In this document: positions 39,981 to 49,883 of the stretch, piece after piece | Layout of the letters: every line of letters starts with the position of its first letter | How positions within the stretch are numbered: the first letter of the stretch is position 1 | From: Candidatus Eremiobacteria bacterium | GTDB lineage: Bacteria; Vulcanimicrobiota; Vulcanimicrobiia; Vulcanimicrobiales; Vulcanimicrobiaceae | Assembly: GCA_963758295.1 (NCBI GenBank) | Contig: CAVWUU010000004.1 | Coordinates: 992,001 to 1,056,000, forward strand | Direction of reading: 5' to 3' | Length of the DNA: 64,000 nucleotides | Position numbers and translations under genes: made by a program | The notes under the pieces: generated by a model | Databases searched by the model: none | Seen by the model: only the letters and a program-made list of their open reading frames with translations | Told to the model about the DNA's origin: nothing

Positions 39981-41174
39981 CTACTTTAGCAGGCCGACTT
40001 CCTTGCCGACTTCGGCGAACGCTTCGAGCGCGCGGTCCATTTCGGCTTTGGTCAGTTTCGCCGAGAGCTGCGTGCGAATGCGTGCCGTGCCTTCCGGAAC
40101 GACCGGGAAGCCAAAACCCGTTACGAATACGCCGTGCTTGAGCAGCTTGTCGCTCATTGCTATTGCGAACGAGGTTTCGCCAACGATGATCGGCACGATC
40201 GCGCTCGGTCCATCCAGCGGTTTGAAGCCAAGGCGCTTCAAGCCGTCGCGAAAATACGCGACGTTCTGACGGAGGGTCTCCACCAGTTCGGGATTCGCAT
40301 CGAGATAATCGAGCGCGGCAAGGGAACTGCACGCCACCGTCGCGGGCAAGGCGTTGGAGAACAACTGCGGACGCGACTTCTGGATGAGCATTTCGATGAG
40401 CGCACGGCTTCCGGCGACGAAACCACCTGCGGCACCGCCTAGCGCTTTGCCCAGGGTCCCGGTGATGATGTCCACTTGTCCGGTCAGGCCGAAGTGTTCG
40501 ATCGTTCCGCGGCCCGTCTCTCCCATGACACCGGTGCCGTGCGAATCGTCGACGACGCTTACCGCATTATATTTCTTGCAGAGCGCGACGATATCGGGGA
40601 GCTTCGCCAGCGATCCTTCCATCGAGAACACGCCGTCGGTCACCACAAGAATCGGTGAGAACTCTTGCATGTCTTTGAGTTTCTGCTCGAGGTCCGCCAT
40701 GTCGCCGTGCTTGTATACCGCGCGCTTGGCTTTACTCGCGAGCCGCACGCCGTCGATGATCGACGCGTGATTGAGCTCGTCGGAGATAATGGCCGACCCT
40801 TCGCCGCAGATCGTCGCGAACAAGCCGGTATTGGCGTTCCAGCACGCAACATAGGTCAGCGAAGCTTCGGTGCCGAGGAACTGCGCGATGCGATCTTCGA
40901 GCACGCGATGAATATCAAACGTGCCGCAGATAAAGCGCACGGAGGCCGTCCCGGCTCCATATTTATCCAAGCCATGTTTACCGGCTTCGATAACTTCCGC
41001 CTGATCGGAAAGGCCGAGATAATTGTTGCTCGAGAGAACGATAACGTCGCCGGCTTCTTCCATGTGGACCTCGGCGGACATCGGCGTCGTCAGGTGACGC
41101 AAGTGCTTGTACGTTCCCGCCGCTTTCAGCGCGTCGAGTTCGGTTTGGAGCTGCTGTTCGAACGTCGCGTTCAC
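39981..41174 (-). CDS. kbl: Glycine C-acetyltransferase (2-amino-3-ketobutyrate CoA ligase)
   Basis: SNNYLGL, SVRFICGT, DGVFSMEG, DDSH, TLGKALGGA; adjacent to tdh. Confidence 0.93.
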   Translation of the reverse strand: MNATFEQQLQTELDALKAAGTYKHLRHLTTPMSAEVHMEEAGDVIVLSSNNYLGLSDQAEVIEAGKHGLDKYGAGTASVRFICGTFDIHRVLEDRIAQFLGTEASLTYVACWNANTGLFATICGEGSAIISDELNHASIIDGVRLASKAKRAVYKHGDMADLEQKLKDMQEFSPILVVTDGVFSMEGSLAKLPDIVALCKKYNAVSVVDDSHGTGVMGETGRGTIEHFGLTGQVDIITGTLGKALGGAAGGFVAGSRALIEMLIQKSRPQLFSNALPATVACSSLAALDYLDANPELVETLRQNVAYFRDGLKRLGFKPLDGPSAIVPIIVGETSFAIAMSDKLLKHGVFVTGFGFPVVPEGTARIRTQLSAKLTKAEMDRALEAFAEVGKEVGLLK

Positions 41175-42229
41175 TTGACGAGATCCCCTTTGAGGTCGAG
41201 TACAATTTTCGCCGCTTGGCCGTTGCGCATCAATTCGAACGCGCGGTCGTATTCGTTAAACGGTAGCACGTGCGTGATGATCGCCTTGAGATCGACGCGA
41301 CCGCTCTTCACGAGTGCCTGCGTCTGATACCATGTTTCGAACATCTTGCGCCCGTTGATTCCCAGAACCGTCAGACCTTTGAAAATGATGCGCTCGGCAA
41401 GGTTTATGTTAACAGTGTCGCTCGGAATGCCGAGCAGCGCGGCCGTTCCGCCGTTGCGAACCATTTGCAAGCCCATGTCGATCGCGCTCCCGCTTCCCGA
41501 CATCTCGAGCAGCACTTCGACGCCGTCGCCGTTGGTGCGCGCCTTGATTTCGTCTACCAGCCCGGGCGTGCGGGCATCGAAGATTTCGTCCGCACCTAAG
41601 CTCTTCGCCAGCTCTAGTTTTGCGGGGTTCACATCGATCGCGTACACCGACGCCGCCCCCGCCGCGCGCGCTACCGGGATCGCCATCAAGCCGATGGAGC
41701 CGACGCCGGTAATCACGACACTCTTCGTACTCACCCCGGCCGCCATAACGGTATGCACGGCATTGCCAAGCGGGTCGAAAATGGCGGCAAACTCGTCGGG
41801 AATCGCGGGATCGAGTTTCCAGACGTTGTATTCCGGCATCGCGATGTATTCAGCGAATGCGCCGTCGCGGTCGACGCCGATGATTTCGACGTGCTCGCAG
41901 ATGTGCGCTTGGCCGGTCCGGCATAATACGCACGTAAGGTCGGCGATATGCCCCTCCGCCGATACGCGATCGCCGACCGCAATCGAACGCACCGCGTTGC
42001 CCACCGCTTCCACGCGCCCCATGAACTCATGACCGACGACGACCGGCGGCTTGATGCGATTCTGGGCCCATTTGTCCCAGCTGTAAATGTGAAAATCCGT
42101 CCCGCAAACGCCGGCTTTTTCTACGCGGATCAGGACGTCGGTCGGTCCGATTTCCGGGACGGGCACTTCGGCCAGCGTAAAGCCCGGCTCCGGACGGAGC
42201 TTGGAGAGCGATTTCATCGTGGAAGACAT
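41171..42229 (-). CDS. tdh: L-threonine 3-dehydrogenase
   Basis: CGTDFHIY, GHEF, DPLGNAVHT, LEMSG, GRKMFETWY. Confidence 0.94.
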   Translation of the reverse strand: MSSTMKSLSKLRPEPGFTLAEVPVPEIGPTDVLIRVEKAGVCGTDFHIYSWDKWAQNRIKPPVVVGHEFMGRVEAVGNAVRSIAVGDRVSAEGHIADLTCVLCRTGQAHICEHVEIIGVDRDGAFAEYIAMPEYNVWKLDPAIPDEFAAIFDPLGNAVHTVMAAGVSTKSVVITGVGSIGLMAIPVARAAGAASVYAIDVNPAKLELAKSLGADEIFDARTPGLVDEIKARTNGDGVEVLLEMSGSGSAIDMGLQMVRNGGTAALLGIPSDTVNINLAERIIFKGLTVLGINGRKMFETWYQTQALVKSGRVDLKAIITHVLPFNEYDRAFELMRNGQAAKIVLDLKGDLVK

Positions 42230-42328
42230 TTCGGGCCGTTTTATTGCACAAAAAAGCCACACGCGCCTTTGGCGCGGGCGGCTCCTTGCGCGATTGCTCG
42301 GGAGATCTCAGACCAAAGCCGCAACCGC

Positions 42329-43135
42329 TTAGCGGTTGGCTTCGTGAACCTTCATCGAGGCGACTTGGATGTATCCGAGCTTGTCGAGTGCATCGCTGTT
42401 GGTCGCGATGAATTTGATGAAATGTTCGACCGCATCGTTCTTAGTCTTCGTGAAGATATGCTCGTACGACCAGATCGGATATTTGCCGGTGCGGATATTG
42501 TCGGTCGTCGCTTCAATCCCGTTGACTTTCACGACGGTGACCGGCTGCGATCTCGTGTAACCGAGCGAAACGTACGAAACCGAACCCGGCGTCGTACCGA
42601 CGGTTTTGACAACCGTGCCCGAGCTGTCTTCGGTAAGACCGGTTTCAGCCATCTTCGACGCGCCCATGATCGTCGCGTTGAACACGAAACGAGTGCCCGA
42701 GGTGCGCGGACGATTGATCACGACGATGGCCTGATCGGCGCCACCGACTTGCTTCCAGTTCGTCACGCGCCCGGAAAAGATATCGCGGACCTGCGCCGCT
42801 TTTAAATTCGACACGTTTGCCGAAGGATTGACGATGATGCCGAAGCCGACGACCGCGACCCTATGGTCGATCAGGCCGCTAGCGCCCGGCGCGATCACGT
42901 CGGAGTCGCCCATGTCGGCGTTTCCGTTTTGCGCTTGCGCGATGCCCACGAAGGAGCCGCCGCCCGAGACCGAAATCTTGACGCCCGAGTGCTTCTCTTG
43001 ATAGTCGGAAGCCGATTGCTTCACGAGCGGAAGCAGTGCGGTTGAACCAACTGCCGTGATATTGGTATCGGCAAGCGCCGCCACCGGAAGCGCGAGGGCC
43101 GCAATGATGGCCGACGCAATGAACTTATTACGCAT
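42329..43135 (-). CDS. pstS: Phosphate ABC transporter substrate-binding protein
   Basis: GSTALLP, GGGSFVG, RPRTSGTR, YPIWSYEH. Confidence 0.92.
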   Translation of the reverse strand: MRNKFIASAIIAALALPVAALADTNITAVGSTALLPLVKQSASDYQEKHSGVKISVSGGGSFVGIAQAQNGNADMGDSDVIAPGASGLIDHRVAVVGFGIIVNPSANVSNLKAAQVRDIFSGRVTNWKQVGGADQAIVVINRPRTSGTRFVFNATIMGASKMAETGLTEDSSGTVVKTVGTTPGSVSYVSLGYTRSQPVTVVKVNGIEATTDNIRTGKYPIWSYEHIFTKTKNDAVEHFIKFIATNSDALDKLGYIQVASMKVHEANR

Positions 43136-43206
43136 TCTTTTTCCTTGAAGCAACGTGCGAAGTGAACCGGGAACTATCCCGGCGCAGCTTTTATGGTACT
43201 CCAGGG

Positions 43207-43238
43207 CGATAAAGGCGAATGTAAGCGAAGCTTAAGAA
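43207..43238 (-). promoter_or_regulatory. Pho-box-like 11-bp direct repeats upstream of pstS
   Basis: Minus strand CTTAAGC/CTTACAT/CTTTATC, cores at 43232, 43221, 43210. Confidence 0.65.
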
Positions 43239-43308
43239 AAGATCATGAGAGAGACGAAGGAAGGCCGGCGTTGCTGCCGGCCCTCTTGCATAAGGCTTGC
43301 CGTAACGG

Positions 43309-44880
43309 CTAGAAGTCGTATTCGAGCTGCGTGCGATTGTACTTGAAGAGCGGGATTCCACCGTAGATCGTCGTGTTGTTGATCGTACGTTCCGCGTAGC
43401 GATGACGGATGAGGAAGCCTTTGTACGCACCTGATTTCGGTACTTGGCTGAAGTAGTACATACCGTCGATGTTCGTTTCTTGCGTGGGCGAGACGCCGAC
43501 GGCGTTGTTACCGTACGAGTAGAGCGCGCGCGCAATCGTGAGCACGAAGCGTTTGTTATCAGAGGTGAACGTAGCCGCCAACTTGCCGCCGTCGCCGAAG
43601 CTGCGGCGATCCGCCATCCCTTGGCTGATTGTCGTCGAGAACAGCGGATCCGTCGCATAGCCGTCCGTGTACGGCGAAGCCCAGCCGCCGTAATAGACGG
43701 TCGCGGTGTTCAGACCGTTGACTGCCGGTCCGGGGATGCAGTTCGGCGTACCGCCGGTGCCCAGGAAGTAGTTCGCAAGACCTTTGTTCGCGGCGAGCAC
43801 GTGATCCGCGGGGCAGCTTGCGCCGGCCGGAAGCGTGATCGTTGCCGTTTTATCCGGAATGTGGTTGTAGCCAAGCGTCACGGCGACATTCGGTCCGACC
43901 GAAACGCCGCCCTGAATTCCGTAGACCTGCGAATCGATTTGACCGACAAGCGCCGAGCCGGTGCTCTTTTCGTCACCGAGCTGAACTGCGACGAACGGCT
44001 TGGCCTGAGCATTGAACGCATACTTCGCATCGAACCACAGCGCGTTGGCGATGTTGTCGAAAGCGTAGTAGTGTAGGTTCGAGGTCAGATTCTTATCTGT
44101 ATAGCCGACGCGTCCGTAGAAGAATCCATTGTTGGTGATTGACGCCGGCGATGCTGCCGATGATTTCACGTTCGTGTTGTACAGCGTCGAAACGCCGCTG
44201 CCGTCGTCGTACTGTCCGGTCAGTAGCGTGTTGTTGAAGAACTGCGAACTCACGCGCTCCTCAAATCGATCGTAGTACGAGCCCTCGACCGCCCAGTTCG
44301 GATTGATTTTATACGAAGCATCGACGCCCTGGAACGCAACCGGCTTAAGACGCGAATCCGAAGCGTTGGCCCACGGCGTGGTGATGACTTGATCGCCGGC
44401 TTTGGCGTACGCGTTCTTGTCCTGATACTGCAGGTACGCTTCGTAAAGCGTGCTAAGCGAAAAGCCGGGGAGCGTGTCGTCGGGGTTCAGTGACGGCGCC
44501 TTCACGCTACCGCAGGGCGGCGTGAAGTGCGATGCGGACGAAGCGCAACCGTTAAGTGGATTTGAGTAAAGGTACGACCCGCCAACGGTAAAGCCGGTGC
44601 CGGAGAACGTGTACTGGCCGTGCAGGCTGATCGCCGCCGAAAACGACTGCTGATTCACAGTGCCGGTTTTATTGTACGCACTTGCGTTCTGGCGCGTAAA
44701 ATCGTAAGCGCGGACATAGCCCTTATAAGCGAACGGATTGGGCGTGGCTTTCGCCGCAGGCGATGCTTGCGCGATAACGCTGTGCGCCGGTGTGGCCGAC
44801 GTTTCCGCCAGCGCAAACGTGGTGCCCGCCAAAACTAAGGCCGCTAGGCTGGTGCCGACCCTCGCGAGAGTGGTAAACAC
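43309..44880 (-). CDS. Outer-membrane beta-barrel porin (OprD-like)
   Basis: Signal peptide; YEAYLQY, GDQVITTPW..DSRLKP..FQG; C-terminal YNRTQLEYDF. Confidence 0.75.
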   Translation of the reverse strand: MFTTLARVGTSLAALVLAGTTFALAETSATPAHSVIAQASPAAKATPNPFAYKGYVRAYDFTRQNASAYNKTGTVNQQSFSAAISLHGQYTFSGTGFTVGGSYLYSNPLNGCASSASHFTPPCGSVKAPSLNPDDTLPGFSLSTLYEAYLQYQDKNAYAKAGDQVITTPWANASDSRLKPVAFQGVDASYKINPNWAVEGSYYDRFEERVSSQFFNNTLLTGQYDDGSGVSTLYNTNVKSSAASPASITNNGFFYGRVGYTDKNLTSNLHYYAFDNIANALWFDAKYAFNAQAKPFVAVQLGDEKSTGSALVGQIDSQVYGIQGGVSVGPNVAVTLGYNHIPDKTATITLPAGASCPADHVLAANKGLANYFLGTGGTPNCIPGPAVNGLNTATVYYGGWASPYTDGYATDPLFSTTISQGMADRRSFGDGGKLAATFTSDNKRFVLTIARALYSYGNNAVGVSPTQETNIDGMYYFSQVPKSGAYKGFLIRHRYAERTINNTTIYGGIPLFKYNRTQLEYDF

Positions 44881-44943
44881 GTAAAAAGAGACTCCCGTAT
44901 AAAAAGTGGACAGAGAATGTTCCGCACCCAGTGTATCGGGGTC

Positions 44944-44975
44944 GGGTTAAGGCCCACTTAAATGCATCTTAAGGT
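44944..44975 (-). promoter_or_regulatory. Pho-box-like 11-bp direct repeats upstream of porin
   Basis: TTAA cores at 44947, 44958, 44969 (CTTAAGA/TTTAAGT/CTTAACC on minus), then TACACT -10-like. Confidence 0.7.
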
Positions 44976-45088
44976 AAGCACAGCTATCCCCGAATGTGAA
45001 CAACCAACCGTAAAATGCGCTTCCTTTATAACCGGAGAGCCAACCGCCCGCGAACGGGAAAGTCGCCAAAACGGCCTACAATTTGCGC

Positions 45089-45871
45089 TTAGCCGTAGCG
45101 ACCGGTGATGTAATCTTCCGTGCGTTTGTCTCTGGGCTTCGTAAAGATTGAGTTTGTCGTTCCGGTTTCGATGAGTTCGCCCATCAAAAAGAACGACGTG
45201 AAATCGCTTATGCGTGCCGCTTGTTGCATTGAGTGCGTGACGATGACGACGGTGTAGTCCCGCTTCAACTGTTCGATGAGATCTTCGATTTTGCTCGTTG
45301 CGATCGGATCCAGCGCGGAAGCCGGTTCATCCATTAGAATGACTTCGGGATCGACGGCCATACAACGCGCGATGCAGAGACGTTGTTGCTGTCCCCCGGA
45401 AAGCTCCAGCGCCGACTTGTTCAGGCGGTCCTTGACCTCGTCCCATAGTGCTGCGTGCCGCAAGCTCTTCTCAACGATTTCCATCAATTTCCGGCGATTG
45501 CGCTCGCCGTGAATTTTCGGTCCGTATGCGACGTTTTCGAAAATCGTTTTCGGGAACGGGTTCGGACGTTGAAACACCATCCCGATGCGGTGGCGAATTG
45601 TAACCGGGTCGACGCCGCTTTCGTAAATATCCTCATTGTCGAGCAGCACGTGGCCTTCGACGCGAGCATCGGGCTGAAGATCGTGCATTCTATTGAGCGC
45701 GCGGATGAACGTCGATTTTCCGCAGCCTGACGGTCCGATCAACGCCATGACACAGTTCGCGGGAACGGTGAGCTGCGCGTTCTTGATAGCTTGAACGTTT
45801 CCGTAATAGACGTTAAGGTCGCGGACTTCGAGCTTGGTCGCAAGCTGCGAGTTTGTTGCGTCGTTGGACAT
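45089..45871 (-). CDS. pstB: Phosphate ABC transporter ATPase
   Basis: [37 protein letters not shown]. Confidence 0.96.
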   Translation of the reverse strand: MSNDATNSQLATKLEVRDLNVYYGNVQAIKNAQLTVPANCVMALIGPSGCGKSTFIRALNRMHDLQPDARVEGHVLLDNEDIYESGVDPVTIRHRIGMVFQRPNPFPKTIFENVAYGPKIHGERNRRKLMEIVEKSLRHAALWDEVKDRLNKSALELSGGQQQRLCIARCMAVDPEVILMDEPASALDPIATSKIEDLIEQLKRDYTVVIVTHSMQQAARISDFTSFFLMGELIETGTTNSIFTKPRDKRTEDYITGRYG

Positions 45872-45884
45872 GCTTAACATCAAT

Positions 45885-46799
45885 TTACTTCCCGGTGAGC
45901 CGTTTGGAGAGCGCGCGCCCGGCGAAGCGGGCCGTGATATTGAAAATTAGGACCATCACAAGCAGCACGAGCGCCGAGCCGCCGCCGATCGCGTTGGCAT
46001 CCGGCACCAAACTTTCGGAGTGCGTGTACCACAAGTGGACGGAAAGCGTTTCGGCTTCGTGGAACGGGCTCAAATCGAACGCCGACTTACCGGCCGATAC
46101 GCTCAAGCCTGCAGTATAAATCAACGCCGCGGTTTCGCCGAAGATGCGGCCGGCGATGAGCACGATCCCGGTCGTCAATTGCGGGATTGCGCTTGGCAAT
46201 ACCACGCGCCGGATAGTCTGCCACTTCGTCGCGCCGAGCGCCATCGACCCTTCGCGATACGAATTCGGAATATTGTGCAGCGCCTCTTGCGTCACGCGCA
46301 TTAGGGCCGGCAGGTTCAACAGTGTCAGCGTCAATGCGCCGCCGAGTGCCGTAAATTTCCAGCCTAAGACGTTTACGAAAATGATGAGCCCGAAGAGGCC
46401 CATCACGATCGACGGAATCGTAGCCAGCGACTCCGCGCAGAACTGCACGATTGACGTGAAGAGGCCCGGCCGCGCATATTCCTGGAGATACATGCCTGCT
46501 GCCGTTGCGATCGGGGTCGTAAAGAGCAGCGTTAAAAACAGAATGTAGAACGAATTGTAAATCTCGGGGCCAATGCCGCCTCCGGCGGTGGTTTCGCTCG
46601 GCGGCGCCGTGAGGAAATGCCATGAAATGGCGCTCCAGCCCAGGTAGAACATATAGCCGATGAAAAATGCGAGCGCGACGACGATCGCAATCGCTGCCGC
46701 CCAGAGCACAATCGTTGCGACCTGGTTCATGATGCGGCGCTGAGCAGCGTTACTGGGCCGCTCTTGAGCCCCCGGAGCCGTTGCAGTTATCACGGCCAC
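45885..46799 (-). CDS. pstA: Phosphate ABC transporter permease
   Basis: [29 protein letters not shown]. Confidence 0.94.
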   Translation of the reverse strand: MAVITATAPGAQERPSNAAQRRIMNQVATIVLWAAAIAIVVALAFFIGYMFYLGWSAISWHFLTAPPSETTAGGGIGPEIYNSFYILFLTLLFTTPIATAAGMYLQEYARPGLFTSIVQFCAESLATIPSIVMGLFGLIIFVNVLGWKFTALGGALTLTLLNLPALMRVTQEALHNIPNSYREGSMALGATKWQTIRRVVLPSAIPQLTTGIVLIAGRIFGETAALIYTAGLSVSAGKSAFDLSPFHEAETLSVHLWYTHSESLVPDANAIGGGSALVLLVMVLIFNITARFAGRALSKRLTGK

Positions 46800-47683
46800 T
46801 ACGCTCTCCGTCGCAGTGCGAGCCGAACGCCAAGGATCAACGCCATCGCGATAAGCAAAAGCAGGAACGCCATCGAAAACAGGGCGTGGTACAACACCGA
46901 GCCGGTGGGGGCGCTTCCCATATCGGTGACGATTTCGGTCGTAAGCGCGGCGGTAGGAGCGAGGAGCCCTTTGGGCAGAGCCGCCGCATTTCCGATCACC
47001 ATCTGTACCGCGAGCGTCTCGCCAATTGCGCGCGCGATTCCGAGGATCACGGCAACCGTAATACCGCTGCGTGCCGCGGGCAGCAAGACGTGATAAATCG
47101 TTTGCCAGCGCGTTGCACCAAGGGCCATTGATCCTTCACGCAATTGTCCGGAAACCGCGAGCAACGCGTCCTCCGAAAGCGTGATGACGGTCGGCAGAAT
47201 CATGATGGAAAGCACGATGCCGGCGGTCAGCAGACCGAACCCTGTGAGGCTGCCTAAGTGTTGCCGGATCAGCGGCGCAAGCAGCGTGAGACCAAGCCAT
47301 CCGTAAACGACCGATGGGATGCCCACTAGAATCTCGATAGCCGGCTTTACCACGGATGCGACGGGCTTGGGTGCTAATTGCGACAGAAAAATGCCGACCG
47401 CCACACCGAACGGGCCGCCGACGAAAACTGCAAAAAGTGTGATCGCGAGCGAGCCGATGATAAAAACGAGCGCACCCGGATGGCGCGCGTCGGGCGAAAA
47501 GTCCGGCGAGAATAAGAAGACGAACGGATTGATATGATCCGCGAAAAATAGCCGGGTGCCTTCGACGGCCAAATACCCGAGAATGAGCGCCATGGCAACG
47601 ATAACAAAGCCGCTGGCGGCGAATAGAAACCCTTTGGCAACACTCTCTTGAGTGTGCGCACGTCCGGCCGACCGAGATATCAA
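46799..47683 (-). CDS. pstC: Phosphate ABC transporter permease
   Basis: GIPSVVYG, IMILPT, ARAIGETLAV.MVIGN. Confidence 0.94.
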   Translation of the reverse strand: MISRSAGRAHTQESVAKGFLFAASGFVIVAMALILGYLAVEGTRLFFADHINPFVFLFSPDFSPDARHPGALVFIIGSLAITLFAVFVGGPFGVAVGIFLSQLAPKPVASVVKPAIEILVGIPSVVYGWLGLTLLAPLIRQHLGSLTGFGLLTAGIVLSIMILPTVITLSEDALLAVSGQLREGSMALGATRWQTIYHVLLPAARSGITVAVILGIARAIGETLAVQMVIGNAAALPKGLLAPTAALTTEIVTDMGSAPTGSVLYHALFSMAFLLLLIAMALILGVRLALRRRA

Positions 47684-47707
47684 AGCGAGTCTATCCTACG
47701 GGTGCCG

Positions 47708-47748
47708 GTGTAAGGGCTTATTAACCCAACATTAAGCCGGATTAAGAA
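47708..47748 (-). promoter_or_regulatory. Pho-box-like direct repeats upstream of pstC
   Basis: Cores at 47710, 47721, 47732, 47742 (spacing 11, 11, 10); minus strand CTTAAT/CTTAAT/GTTAAT/CTTACA. Confidence 0.7.
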
Positions 47749-47758
47749 GCGGCTTTCT

Positions 47759-47902
47759 TTACGCCAGTGTTTCAGGAACGTCGTCGCCGGCGAACGCATC
47801 GGCGTACCATTCGCGCGCATCCTGCAACGTCATGCCACGGCAGTACTCGTCGAGAAAAGCTAAGATCATGCCGCGCATTGACGGCTCGTCTGCTTCAGCC
47901 AT
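47759..47902 (-). CDS. Putative 47-aa acidic small protein
   Basis: Hand-translated MAEADEPSMRGMILAFLDEYCRGMTLQDAREWYADAFAGDDVPETLA*; fills phoR-pstC gap co-directionally. Confidence 0.5.
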   Translation of the reverse strand: MAEADEPSMRGMILAFLDEYCRGMTLQDAREWYADAFAGDDVPETLA

Positions 47903-47963
47903 CTTTTGTCGACCACATGCGGTAAGAGTGACAGAAGTAGCTTAGCGTGCCGTTATCTGTCGA

Positions 47964-49133
47964 TTAAGGTTCTCGCTTGGCAATACGCATGATCGGCAAG
48001 CGAATCGTAAACGCGCTGCCGCTGCCGAGCATGGATTCGGCCGAAATCGACCCACCGTGCGCATCGACGATGCCCTTGACGATCGCAAGCCCGAGGCCGG
48101 CGCCCCCGCTCTCGCGCGTGCGCGAACGGTCGACGACGTAAAAGCGCTCGAAGATATGCGGTAAGTCCCGATACGGAATGCCGACGCCCGTATCGCGAAC
48201 GCGTATGACGGCGTCGCCGCCCCTCGCGTCCGTCTCCACCATCACGGCGCCGCCCGAAGCGGTGTGGCGCAGTGCGTTGTCGATGAGGTTGACGAAGATT
48301 TGCGCGAGCCGGTCCGGATCGGCCTCGAGGCTCACCGGCCGTATTGCCTGCATTTCGAGGCGCACGCCTTTGTTTGCCGCTTGCGGCTCGAACGACGCGA
48401 CGATCGGATGCGCTACTTGTTCGAGATCGATCTCCCGCAGATTCAAGCGCATTTGTCCCGACTCCGCGCGCGCATGTTCGAGGAGCTGCTGAACGAGCGC
48501 AGCCAATCGATCCACTTGCGCGAGCACTTGGGGCAAGAACAAATCGGCCGCCTCGTCGTCGGGCGATTCGACGACCGTTTCGAGCATGAGTTTGATGGAA
48601 GAAAGCGGGGTCCGTAATTCGTGCGAGACGTTCGACAAAAATTCTTTGCGCGCGCGGTCCAGGCGCACGACGTCAGTCCGGTCGTCGGCGAAGATCGCGA
48701 CGCCGCCTACTTTCCCGTCGTCTTCGAGCGGGTAGACGGAAACACGATAGCTACGCGAAGTGGGGCCGGTCGAGCTTGCGACGTTGGCCACGGAAGCCTC
48801 GCCGCGAAGCGCATCGCCGATGCGGCGTTCCAGCTCGATGTTGGGAATCGAAGTTAAAAAGTGCGCGCCGGTGCCGCGCGCGGGATCGAAGTCGAAGATC
48901 GTGCCGGCGGCTTGATTCGCGAAACGAATGCGCGATGAAGGGTCGACGAAAATGACGCCGAGCGGTAACGCACGAACCAGTGGAATGAAATCGACGTCGG
49001 GGCGCGTTTGCGCAGGCACATGCACTTCTTCGCGAATCGTGCGAACCCGCCGGCGCAAGAGAATCCAGGCGAAAATTGCGCCCGCGGCGCAGCCCAGCGC
49101 GGCCGCGAGCACGAAGCTCTCGGTCGGCGTCAT
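47964..49133 (-). CDS. phoR: PhoR-like PAS histidine kinase
   Basis: SHELRTPL, NLIDNA, DTGVGI, FERFY, GAGLGL; next to pst genes. Confidence 0.88.
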   Translation of the reverse strand: MTPTESFVLAAALGCAAGAIFAWILLRRRVRTIREEVHVPAQTRPDVDFIPLVRALPLGVIFVDPSSRIRFANQAAGTIFDFDPARGTGAHFLTSIPNIELERRIGDALRGEASVANVASSTGPTSRSYRVSVYPLEDDGKVGGVAIFADDRTDVVRLDRARKEFLSNVSHELRTPLSSIKLMLETVVESPDDEAADLFLPQVLAQVDRLAALVQQLLEHARAESGQMRLNLREIDLEQVAHPIVASFEPQAANKGVRLEMQAIRPVSLEADPDRLAQIFVNLIDNALRHTASGGAVMVETDARGGDAVIRVRDTGVGIPYRDLPHIFERFYVVDRSRTRESGGAGLGLAIVKGIVDAHGGSISAESMLGSGSAFTIRLPIMRIAKREP

Positions 49134-49142
49134 GACGCTGCT

Positions 49143-49883
49143 TTAGGCTTTGAACATGTAGCCACGGCTGCGCACCGTGATAATGTGCCGTGGATTGCGG
49201 GAATCTTCTTCAATCTTTTCGCGCAGCCACCGAATGTGAACGCTCACCGTCTGCTGTTCGCCTTCAAAGTCGTAGCCCCAGACTTTGTCCAACAGCGTCT
49301 GCCGCGTCACCACGCGACCGTTGTTCTCCATCAGCACGCGCAGCAGCGCGAACTCTTTGGGCGCAAGGGCAACGTCGCTGCCGCGAACGGTCAGCTGCTG
49401 ACGCGACGGGTCGAGGATAATGTCGCCCAGCGAAATCGCTTCGTCGTGGCCGCCTTGCGGCGGCGCCTGCCGGCGCAAACGCGCTTTCACGCGAGCGAGA
49501 AATTCATGAAGAGCGAACGGCTTGGTTACGTAGTCGTCGGCGCCGAGCTCTAAAGCCAAGACCTTATCGATCTCTTGGTCCTTGGCGGTGAGCATTATGA
49601 TCGGCACCGAGCTGAACTTGCGAATCTCTTTGCAGGCTTCGATTCCATCGAGCACCGGCAGCATGATATCGAGCACGACAAGGTCCGGCTGCTCGCGCTG
49701 CGCCATCGCGACGGCATTACGGCCATCGCTCGCGGTTACCACCGTGTAGCCGCTGCGCTCCAAATTGAAGCGTAACGTCTGCAAGATCGCGGACTCGTCG
49801 TCAACCACCAAGATTTTCTTATTGAAGTCTGGGCTTTTGACGAAAGCGCCCCGCGAAGGCTTAGTCTCGACCGATCCGTTCAT
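49143..49883 (-). CDS. phoP: PhoP/PhoB-like OmpR-family response regulator
   Basis: VVDDE, LDIMLP, ADDYVTKPF, VHIRWLREKIE. Confidence 0.88.
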   Translation of the reverse strand: MNGSVETKPSRGAFVKSPDFNKKILVVDDESAILQTLRFNLERSGYTVVTASDGRNAVAMAQREQPDLVVLDIMLPVLDGIEACKEIRKFSSVPIIMLTAKDQEIDKVLALELGADDYVTKPFALHEFLARVKARLRRQAPPQGGHDEAISLGDIILDPSRQQLTVRGSDVALAPKEFALLRVLMENNGRVVTRQTLLDKVWGYDFEGEQQTVSVHIRWLREKIEEDSRNPRHIITVRSRGYMFKA

